Source of the DNA: an uncultured Chloroflexia bacterium
Lineage (GTDB): Bacteria > Chloroflexota > Anaerolineae > Anaerolineales > Anaerolineaceae
Assembly: GCA_963704755.1 (NCBI GenBank)
Contig: OY969938.1
Coordinates: 3,720,001 to 3,752,000, forward strand
Length of the DNA: 32,000 bases
Direction of reading: 5' to 3'
The notes under the pieces were generated by a model. That model saw only the letters and a list, made by a program, of their open reading frames with translations, was not told where the DNA came from and searched no databases. This document shows, in pieces, positions 25,853-32,000 of the stretch. Each line of letters begins with the position of its first letter. Position 1 is the first letter of the stretch. The position numbers and the translations under genes are program-made.

Positions 25853-26260
25853 TTAGGAAAGAGAGGGCTGTGAGCCGGGTTCTTTTTCTCCCTGGCGGGT
25901 GCGTTTGAGATAGGCAATATAGCCATTGAGCATGCGGATCAACTCGTCCGCGTCACTGACCAGGGCTTCACGCAGCGGATCTGGCAGGTAGCCCAATTCG
26001 GCAGCCAGGATGAGGTGGCTGATGGTTTCGTCGAGGGAACCGCGGGCGATATAACAAAAATGAATATTTTCTTGATAATAATATCGGCCATATCCTTCAG
26101 CGATGTTGGCTGGAATGCTCTGAGAACTGCGCCGGACCTGGCTGGCCAACCCCCACTTTTCTTCTTGTGGCAAACAAGGTAGAACTTCGCGATATACACG
26201 GACCGCGAAATCCTTTGACCGCCGCCAGACATCCAGCTTGCCAAGACCCTCACTGCTCAA
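25853..26260 (-). CDS. Four-helix-bundle protein (23S rRNA intervening-sequence protein family, TIGR02436-like)
   Basis: LDVWRRSKDFAVRVYREV...LASQVRRSSQSIPANIAEGYGRYYYQENIHFCYIARGSLDETISHLILAAELGYL is the family signature. The ORF track starts at GTG 26269, but the AGGAG SD overlaps that GTG. TTG 26260 lies 8 nt downstream of the SD and is my preferred start. Confidence 0.85.
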   Translation of the reverse strand: MSSEGLGKLDVWRRSKDFAVRVYREVLPCLPQEEKWGLASQVRRSSQSIPANIAEGYGRYYYQENIHFCYIARGSLDETISHLILAAELGYLPDPLREALVSDADELIRMLNGYIAYLKRTRQGEKEPGSQPSLS

Positions 26261-26370
26261 TTTATTCACTCCTGCCAGTTGAACTCGATCATTGTCGCTG
26301 CATTCTTCAACAAAACGAAACTTAACCTTATCTCAACTACTCACTACTTTTCTATTCCCTATTCTCCTCC

Positions 26371-27414
26371 TCAGAACTGTTCCAAAAACCGCACATCGTT
26401 GCCCCAGAAGTAGCGGATGTCTTCGATGTGGTATTTCAGCATGGCGATGCGTTCGGGACCCAGGCCGGCGGCGAAGCCGGAGAACTGGGTGGGGTCGTAG
26501 CCGCCGTTTTGCAGCACGATGGGATGGACCATCCCGCAGCCGCCGATCTCCAGCCAGCCGGAGCCTTTGCAGACCGTGCAGCCCTTACCGCCGCAGATGA
26601 AGCACTCCATATCCACCTCGGCGCTCGGTTCGGTGAAGGGGAAGTAGGACGGGCGGAAGCGGGTGCGCACCTGGTCGCCGAACAGGCGCCGGGCAACGCC
26701 CTCGATGACGCCTTTCAGATCACCCAGGGTGATGTTGCGGCCCACGGCCAACAGCTCAACCTGGTTGAACTGCATCTCGTGGCTGGCGTTGGTCTGCTCG
26801 TAGCGGTATACCATCCCCGGCAGGATCACCCGCACCGGGTTGGGCGCATAGGCGCGCATGGCATGGATCTGGCCGGGCGAGGTATGCGTGCGCAGGATCG
26901 TGCCCGGCACGGTGGTGTGCAGGGTGTCCCACATGTCGCGGGCCGGGTGATGGGCCGGGATGTTGAGCAGCTCGAAATTGATCTCCTCGGTCTCGACTTC
27001 CGGCGAGCGGTAGATTTGAAAGCCCATCTCGACGAAGGCCTGGCAAATTTCGTTGAGGGCCTGGGTGGCCGGGTGCATCCGGCCCAATGGCAGCGGTCGG
27101 CCCGGCAGGGTCACATCCAGGCGCTCGTTAGCCAGTTTGCGCTGCAGCAAATCGGCCCGCAGAATTTTCTCGCGCCCCGCCAGGGCAGCTTCCAGGGCCA
27201 GCTTGACCTGGTTGGCGCTTTGGCCGACCTGCTGGCGCTGTTCCTTGGGGATCTGGCCCATGCGCGAGAAGACCTGCATGACCGGGGCGCTGCGTCCCAG
27301 GTAGCTGCTGCGCCAGGCTTGCAGCGCATCCTCGTCCTGGACGGCTTGCAGCGCCTCCAGGCCGGCAGCCTGGAGCTGCTCCAGTTCGGAAAGTACGTTG
27401 ATATCTTCAGTCAT
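26371..27414 (-). CDS. pheS: Phenylalanine--tRNA ligase alpha subunit
   Basis: Class II aaRS motifs are present (HPARDMWDT, FRPSYFPFTEPSAEVD, GCGMVHP). The ORF track extends to 27513, through the T-box terminator. ATG 27414 has a GGAGGAAGGA SD immediately upstream. Confidence 0.93.
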   Translation of the reverse strand: MTEDINVLSELEQLQAAGLEALQAVQDEDALQAWRSSYLGRSAPVMQVFSRMGQIPKEQRQQVGQSANQVKLALEAALAGREKILRADLLQRKLANERLDVTLPGRPLPLGRMHPATQALNEICQAFVEMGFQIYRSPEVETEEINFELLNIPAHHPARDMWDTLHTTVPGTILRTHTSPGQIHAMRAYAPNPVRVILPGMVYRYEQTNASHEMQFNQVELLAVGRNITLGDLKGVIEGVARRLFGDQVRTRFRPSYFPFTEPSAEVDMECFICGGKGCTVCKGSGWLEIGGCGMVHPIVLQNGGYDPTQFSGFAAGLGPERIAMLKYHIEDIRYFWGNDVRFLEQF

Positions 27415-27725
27415 TCCTTCCTCCAAAAATAAAAAATCCCGTCCCCACACAAAGGGACGGGACAATTCCCGCGGTACCACCCTGCTTGGCTGCCGAAAGG
27501 GCAGCCCACTCAATCCAACGGCCGGTGAAGGCGATTGGTAGGCCGGTTAACGCTGGCCACGCAACTCGGACTACTGGCCTGTACAGGCATTCCCCCGAGC
27601 GGCTCGAGAGGGAACTTCAACCGGTGTCCATCGTGCGGGGGTCTCAGTCTGTGCCCCCGGCTTCCCTGGCGGTTTCAGCCGGCTTACTTTCCTCCGTCAT
27701 TGCCTTTAAAGCATATGCAGATGCC
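27415..27725 (-). promoter_or_regulatory. T-box riboswitch leader with a Phe (UUC) specifier, controlling pheST
   Basis: On the minus strand the T-box sequence is AGGGTGGTACCGCGGGAA (about 27482-27466). It is followed by the terminator GTCCCGTCCC-tttgtgt-GGGGACGGGA-TTTTTTATTTT (27463-27425). The stem I region contains GGAGGAAAGTAAG, and the specifier-loop-like context is GAAG-UUC-C (UUC at 27614-27612). An F-box-like CGTTA is present. Confidence 0.85.
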
Positions 27726-27728
27726 TCT

Positions 27729-27757
27729 TATTATCCTTAATTCGGGAGGGATGTCAA
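27729..27757 (-). promoter_or_regulatory. Promoter of the pheST T-box leader
   Basis: The minus strand reads TTGACA (27757-27752), a 17-nt spacer, then ATAATA (27734-27729). Confidence 0.6.
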
Positions 27758-27848
27758 GGGAAGAAGGTATCAAGGAAGTGTTGCAGTGATACGGTGATTC
27801 GGTGTTTCGGTTGTTGGTCGGTCGATTGGAAAAAAGTTTCCTTTCCTT

Positions 27849-28128
27849 TTCACCCCCAAAATCCGCACTTAGGATTTTTGGGGTGAAATCTAGCCCTTCC
27901 CTCCAAATCGGTTTTTGATTTGGGGGGAAGCGGGGAAGGGGGGCAGAGAGCGCCGGCCATAAGTGGCCATCCGGCAGCAAAGCTCCCCTTCCCCTGCTCT
28001 GGGGGAAGGGGCCGGGGGATGAGGGTAGGGCGCCGGTATAACCGGCCCATGGACTGGCAAATCGGCGCCTTTTGCCCCTACCTAACCTCCCCCAAAATCC
28101 AAAACCGGGATTTTAGGGGAACTATATT
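27849..28128. repeat. Cluster of C-run/G-run hairpins, including two related CCCCAAAATCC...GGATTTTNGGGG hairpins
   Basis: The hairpins are:
- TTCACCCCCAAAATCC/GGATTTTTGGGGTGAA (27849-27887)
- CTTCCCTCCAAATC/GATTTGGGGGGAAG (27896-27930)
- CCCCTTCCCC/GGGGAAGGGG (27985-28011)
- GCCGGT/ACCGGC (28032-28046)
- TCCCCCAAAATCC/GGATTTTAGGGGA (28089-28120). Confidence 0.8.
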
Positions 28129-28247
28129 CCCTTTCAGTCGTCTTAAATGCAAATCGTATCCCCGGCTTGAATCCACCTCATTAAAGAGGTATGCTTTCCT
28201 TGGAGTTTACGAAATCTTTGTAACTACCCGGCTAAGCTGGAGTAACA

Positions 28248-28306
28248 GGGTGTTTTTTGGATGTTTTCTGCGTGCTTTGCACGCAGAAAACATCCAAAAA
28301 ACACCC
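28248..28306. repeat. Hairpin palindrome: 28-bp perfect stem, TTT loop
   Basis: GGGTGTTTTTTGGATGTTTTCTGCGTGC, then TTT, then GCACGCAGAAAACATCCAAAAAACACCC. Exact; checked base by base. It ends 69 nt upstream of the lipoprotein ATG. Confidence 0.95.
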
Positions 28307-28374
28307 ACCTCCTGAACTGGCTAGAGCAGTTTCAAAACTTTTTAATCATCTACTAAAAAGTAGAAGGAGAACCG

Positions 28375-29583
28375 ATGCGAAAAGCATTATTTATCCCGGC
28401 CTGCCTTATGATATTAGTATCGACGGCTTGCGTCCTCCCAGCCCCTGCACCGTCGGTAACTCCCACGCCGACCGCCCTGGTCATCCCGACTACGGTAGTT
28501 CCACCGACTGCAACCGTCCCCGCGGTGATCACCTCGACGCCTGAGCCGGTTACCCCGACCCCGGTTTTACCCACCTTTACTGCCACAATCATCCCCCAGG
28601 CGACCAACACAGCGGCCGTTGCCACCAGCACCCCAGTGCCCGCGGGTAGCCTGACCCCATTGGACGTGGATGCCTCCAAATACATCGATGATCGCAGCGG
28701 TGTTTCGATTTTAGCGTCGCTGTTCAATGCGGTTAACCGCAAAGAGTACCTGCGGGCGTATTCGTACTGGAGCGCGGACAGCAATGTGGTCCAGACCCAC
28801 ACTTACGCTCAGTTCGCCGCCGGTTACGCCCAGACCCAGTCGGTGCAGGCCCAGATTGGCCCGATCACCGGTGACGCCGGCGCGGGCAACTTCTACTTCA
28901 ACGTCCCGGTGGCCCTGACCGCCACGACGACCACTAACACCACCCAGTATTTTGTGGGCTGCTACACCCTGCACCAGGTCAACCCGGGCAATTTCGGCGG
29001 GAACAATTTTGTCCCGATCCAGATTCAAAAAGGGAATGTCTTGATCGCCAACAGCCCCTCAGATTTTCCCTCGATGATTGCGAATGTTTGCTCCAGCCAG
29101 AGCGGCAGCGGTGTTTCACCCACGACCACGCCGGCTCCGGATGATATCAGCAGCGGTCGTTTTCTGGATGACCGCAGCGATGGCATCCAGGTGGTGCGTT
29201 CGTTCTACAACGCCATCAACCGGCACGAATACTCGCGAGCCTATTACTACTGGGAACCGGCCGCCGCGACCACAAACCTGCCGCCTTTCGACCAGTTCCA
29301 GCAGGGGTACCAGACCACCCAATCGGTCGATTTGACCGTGGGCACCATGACCAGCGACGCGGGCGCCGGGCAGTTGTATTATTCTGTGCCGGTGACCCTG
29401 GTCTCGCACCTGGATAATAACCAGACCGCGACCTACGTGGGCTGTTACGTGATGCACCTGGCCCAGCCGGCCATCCAGGCCACCCCGCCGTTCCAGCCGA
29501 TGGGTATCCGCAGCGCGAAAATCCAGCAGGTGGATAATGGCAGCGATACCAGTGCTCTTATGAACACCATCTGCCAGCAGTAG
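28375..29583 (+). CDS. Lipoprotein with Pro/Thr-rich linker and two tandem copies of an uncharacterised ~130-aa domain
   Basis: 402-aa ORF with a signal peptide and lipobox (LMILVSTAC) and a GGAGAA SD. The internal duplication shows as YIDDRSGVSILASLFNAVNRKEYLRAYSYW / FLDDRSDGIQVVRSFYNAINRHEYSRAYYYW, GYAQTQSV..DAGAGNFYFNVPVAL / GYQTTQSV..DAGAGQLYYSVPVTL, and YFVGCYTLH / TYVGCYVMH. Confidence 0.85.
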   Translation: MRKALFIPACLMILVSTACVLPAPAPSVTPTPTALVIPTTVVPPTATVPAVITSTPEPVTPTPVLPTFTATIIPQATNTAAVATSTPVPAGSLTPLDVDASKYIDDRSGVSILASLFNAVNRKEYLRAYSYWSADSNVVQTHTYAQFAAGYAQTQSVQAQIGPITGDAGAGNFYFNVPVALTATTTTNTTQYFVGCYTLHQVNPGNFGGNNFVPIQIQKGNVLIANSPSDFPSMIANVCSSQSGSGVSPTTTPAPDDISSGRFLDDRSDGIQVVRSFYNAINRHEYSRAYYYWEPAAATTNLPPFDQFQQGYQTTQSVDLTVGTMTSDAGAGQLYYSVPVTLVSHLDNNQTATYVGCYVMHLAQPAIQATPPFQPMGIRSAKIQQVDNGSDTSALMNTICQQ

Positions 29584-29598
29584 AACCTGTTTTTTATG

Positions 29599-29644
29599 AA
29601 ATTGGTGTGTTTGTGGTGGCAAAGCCCCGCAAACACACCAATTT
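29599..29644 (+). terminator. Intrinsic terminator of the lipoprotein gene (long hairpin plus T-run)
   Basis: AAATTGGTGTGTTTG (29599-29613) pairs with CAAACACACCAATTT (29630-29644). The inner stem is GGC-AAA-GCC. The run of 7 T at 29642-29648 continues past the stem. The stop of the convergent FmdB-like gene (29647) abuts it. Confidence 0.75.
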
Positions 29645-29646
29645 TT

Positions 29647-30048
29647 TTAATCCAAATCCCCGGCCAGGTCGCCGCCTGCAGCGCCGCCGTCATCGGCCAG
29701 GTCTGGCAGATCACGTTCGATGTCTTCCGGCGATTGGCCCAATTCGAGCCGCCCAACCACTTCGTCGAACTCCGGGCCCATATCCTCACCGATTTCGCCG
29801 CTCATCTGGCGCATCATTTTGCCCAGGGCCTGCGGGTCATCATCCAGTCCGGCTAATTTAGAAGGGTCCGCCAGTGCTTCCATGCGGCTATCATCCGAAC
29901 GGGCAACGCGGACTCGCCCAATTTTGCGCTGGACGTTCTGGCTGCCACAATGTGTGCAGGTAACCGGTTTTACGCCGTAGTCGGAATATGACATGAAAAC
30001 CTCGAAACGCTTGTGACAATCCTGGCAGCGATATTCATAAGATGGCAT
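29647..30048 (-). CDS. FmdB-family zinc-ribbon protein
   Basis: The N-terminus MPSYEYRCQDCHKRFEVFMSYSDYGVKPVTCTHCGSQNVQRKIGRV carries the CxxC...CxxC FmdB signature, and the C-terminal tail is acidic. A GGAG SD lies 9 nt upstream. Confidence 0.85.
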   Translation of the reverse strand: MPSYEYRCQDCHKRFEVFMSYSDYGVKPVTCTHCGSQNVQRKIGRVRVARSDDSRMEALADPSKLAGLDDDPQALGKMMRQMSGEIGEDMGPEFDEVVGRLELGQSPEDIERDLPDLADDGGAAGGDLAGDLD

Positions 30049-30397
30049 ACGAACTACTCCAAAAAATGGGGGTAACGCAAGGTTCTGCTTGCGGGGAAAA
30101 TCAAGATCGCTTTACCCGGCTAACCGGGTAGGTTTGATCGGCGGTCGGTTGCAATGGCCACAGACCGCAAGGAACGCAGCTTTCGCCAGGACATTCCTTT
30201 TCTTTAGAATGCTCTTGGAACTTCTTGGACAGGCCTAAGGAGTTCCTATTTATCTATTATAATCAGGGTACCATAAGAATCCTGTAAGTTCACGCGAGAG
30301 AACCAACGCCTTTACAGCCGCACCATTGATCGATGGGCTCTCCAGGTAGCGGAAATCAATCAGCGAGGGTAACCGGCCCAGACAGGATTCAGGCCTC

Positions 30398-31054
30398 ATG
30401 AAAATTATGGACAGCAGGTTCAATGCCTTCATGGAAGATTCCATATCCTTCGATTTCAGCAACCCTTATCCTCTTTTAATTGTGGTTTCTGGTCCTTCCG
30501 GGGTGGGGAAAAACTCTGTCATTCAAGCTTTAAAGAAGCGGAAATTACCGCTGCATGTGGTGGTCACCACCACCAACCGCAAACCCCGCCCGAATGAAGT
30601 CAATGGTGTGGATTATTATTTCGTCAGCACCGAACGGTTCGAAGAAATGATCCGCACGGATGAACTGATCGAGCACGCTGTGGTGTACGGCGACTATAAA
30701 GGGATCCCCAAGGCGCAGATCCGTGAAGCCTTTGCCACCGGCCGGGATGTGATTTTACGGGTGGACGTGCAAGGCGCAGCCCGCCTGCGCGATCTCTACC
30801 CTGAATCGGTTTTGATTTTCCTGATGCCGGCCAATATGGAAGAATGGATCCAGCGTTTACAGGATCGCAAGAGCGAAACCTCCAAATCTTTGCACCGCCG
30901 GGTAGAAACCGCCCGCCGGGAGATGGAACACTTGCAGGAATTCGACTATGTCGTGGTCAACGCCAACTGCCTGTTGGAAGAGGCCGTGGACAATATTGTT
31001 TCGATTATCGATGTGGAACATCTGCGGGTTAAGCCGCGAAAAATAAATATATGA
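30398..31054 (+). CDS. gmk: Guanylate kinase
   Basis: A P-loop (VVSGPSGVGKNSV) is followed by TTRKPRPNEVNGVDYYFVS-type and GDYKG motifs. The exact start is uncertain; in-frame ATGs occur at 30398, 30407 and 30431. Confidence 0.85.
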   Translation: MKIMDSRFNAFMEDSISFDFSNPYPLLIVVSGPSGVGKNSVIQALKKRKLPLHVVVTTTNRKPRPNEVNGVDYYFVSTERFEEMIRTDELIEHAVVYGDYKGIPKAQIREAFATGRDVILRVDVQGAARLRDLYPESVLIFLMPANMEEWIQRLQDRKSETSKSLHRRVETARREMEHLQEFDYVVVNANCLLEEAVDNIVSIIDVEHLRVKPRKINI

Positions 31055-31827
31055 CAATTTCTCATTACACCCAGGGCCCGTCTTCGTATAACCCAACGCC
31101 CCCACCTCCCCCGCGACGGAGCGTCCAACGACCGCCATCTTACCAGCCTTACGTGACCTACATTATGATCGCGTCCTGCGTGCTGGTCTATATCGGCCAG
31201 ATGCTCACGCCGGTAGCGGGCACCGGTGGCCTGGACTTGTTTTCTTTATTTGGCGCGAAGATCAATTCGCTGATCATCCAGGGACAATACTGGCGCTTGC
31301 TGACCCCCATGTGGCTGCACGGCTCCATTTTGCACATTGCATTCAACATGTACGCGCTGTATATTTTCGGGGTCAACCTGGAACGCTATTACGGTCATTG
31401 GCGCTTTTTGTGGCTGTATCTGCTCAGCGGTTACGCGGGCAACGTAGTCTCTTTCTTGATGTCTCCCTCGGTTTCGCTGGGCTCTTCGACGGCTATCTTT
31501 GGCCTGATCGCGGCCCAGGGCGTCTTTCTTTATAAAAACCGCCAGTTGATCCGCAACGCACGCGGGATGCTGCTCAATACCGTTGCCATCGCGGCCATCA
31601 ACCTGGTACTGGGGCTGTCGCCGGGTATCGATAACTGGGGGCACCTGGGAGGCTTGCTGGGCGGGTTGGCCTATGCCTGGTCGGCCGGTCCGGTCTGGCT
31701 GCTGCAGAACGACGCCAGCGGCGTCCGGCTGATTAATCAGCGCAGCCGCCAGCGGGTCATCCTGGTTGCCGTTGGTGTGTTTGTGTTGTTCACGATCATC
31801 GCCGCGTTCAAGATTTTCACTGCCTGA
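31051..31827 (+). CDS. Rhomboid-family intramembrane serine protease
   Basis: The rhomboid signatures WRLLTPMWLHGSILHIAFNM (HxxxN), GSSTAIFG (GxSxxxxG catalytic Ser) and WGHLGG (catalytic His) are present. Its ATG overlaps the gmk stop (ATGA). Confidence 0.88.
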   Translation: MTISHYTQGPSSYNPTPPPPPRRSVQRPPSYQPYVTYIMIASCVLVYIGQMLTPVAGTGGLDLFSLFGAKINSLIIQGQYWRLLTPMWLHGSILHIAFNMYALYIFGVNLERYYGHWRFLWLYLLSGYAGNVVSFLMSPSVSLGSSTAIFGLIAAQGVFLYKNRQLIRNARGMLLNTVAIAAINLVLGLSPGIDNWGHLGGLLGGLAYAWSAGPVWLLQNDASGVRLINQRSRQRVILVAVGVFVLFTIIAAFKIFTA

Positions 31828-31842
31828 TTTAAAAAATATATA

Positions 31843-31891
31843 AAAGGGTATTGTTTTTTGGGTGCGAAGCACCAAAAAAACAATACCCTTT
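31843..31891. repeat. Hairpin palindrome: 22 of 23 bp paired, GAA triloop, apex GCGAAGC
   Basis: AAAGGGTATTGTTTTTTGGGTGC, then GAA, then GCACCAAAAAAACAATACCCTTT. It starts 16 nt after the rhomboid stop. Confidence 0.9.
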
Positions 31892-31939
31892 ATGTTATTT
31901 ATGGCCCAAGCCCGTAAGGGGTTTTCTGAGAGGTTTGAT

Positions 31940-32000
31940 TCAGTCCGCAACCAGCGGTGGGGCAATGGGCTCGACGGACACTGCGCTGCCGCCCGGCTGC
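31940..32000 (-). CDS. 3' end of an unidentified minus-strand gene running off the right edge
   Basis: The open minus-strand frame reads ...QPGGSAVSVEPIAPPLVAD* with its stop at 31942-31940. GC-rich coding-like composition is the only evidence. Confidence 0.3.
   Translation of the reverse strand, partial: QPGGSAVSVEPIAPPLVAD

Noticed and set aside
25853-26269. Four-helix-bundle gene as the Avd component of a diversity-generating retroelement
   Set aside because: The window has no reverse transcriptase gene and no template/variable repeat pair nearby.
27922-27943. Second G-quadruplex at GGGGGGaagcGGGGaaGGGGGG
   Set aside because: There are only three separate G-tracts. A three-tetrad G4 would need a G6 run split with a zero-length loop. 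At best this is a two-tetrad structure, so I do not call it separately from the canonical motif at 28001-28030.
27486-28544. ORFs 27486-27740, 27535-27789, 27684-27980(-), 27850-28050(-), 27920-28315 and 28257-28544
   Set aside because: They overlap the T-box leader, the C/G-run hairpin cluster or the 28-bp palindrome. 28257-28544 also runs out of frame into the real lipoprotein gene. None has an SD or coding-like features.

Overview
GC-rich bacterial chromosomal window. The T-box-controlled pheST, ClpC, yabE-rsmA synteny, DUF3048 and YkuD genes suggest a Terrabacteria lineage, possibly Chloroflexota, but the taxon cannot be proven from sequence alone. The ORF track uses ATG, GTG and TTG starts and reports the longest ORF, so several listed N-termini are over-extended. 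I give the starts I consider more likely.

Coding content is mainly housekeeping, and most genes lie on the minus strand:
- rsmA (partial), a YabE/RpfB-like cell-wall protein, and tRNA-Phe
- a tightly coupled SNF2 helicase and SWIM zinc-finger operon
- clpC and a GT-C-like membrane protein
- an operon of thioesterase, M42 peptidase and a YgbA_NO-family protein, divergent from an Rrf2 regulator
- surE, a DUF3048 lipoprotein, a DUF2085 protein, and a frameshifted L,D-transpeptidase
- a pseudo-receiver PP2C phosphatase and menA
- pheS and pheT behind a Phe T-box leader
- a duplicated-domain lipoprotein, an FmdB zinc ribbon protein, gmk and a rhomboid protease

I see no recognisable defence island, prophage, transposase or CRISPR array. 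The unusual content is non-coding:
1. At least 13 long hairpin palindromes (15-28 bp stems, five of them perfect) sit in intergenic regions. Each has a unique sequence. Seven have a C-GNA-G apex, including three exact GCGAAGC, and all seven read that way on the + strand.
2. A lower-GC four-helix-bundle gene of the 23S-rRNA-IVS / Avd-like family, bracketed by GAATAG-rich inverted repeats, is wedged between pheS and pheT.
3. A 1.1-kb repeat-dense region lies between menA and pheT. It holds heptamer tandem repeats, structured 90-125-nt elements with GTCRTTGCGA...TCGCAAYGRC termini, and GGTGGGT-type inverted repeats.
4. A second cluster of hairpins and G-tracts lies upstream of the pheS T-box promoter.
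5. A consensus promoter, back to back with the tRNA-Phe promoter, drives a structured RNA of about 250 nt whose class I cannot assign.
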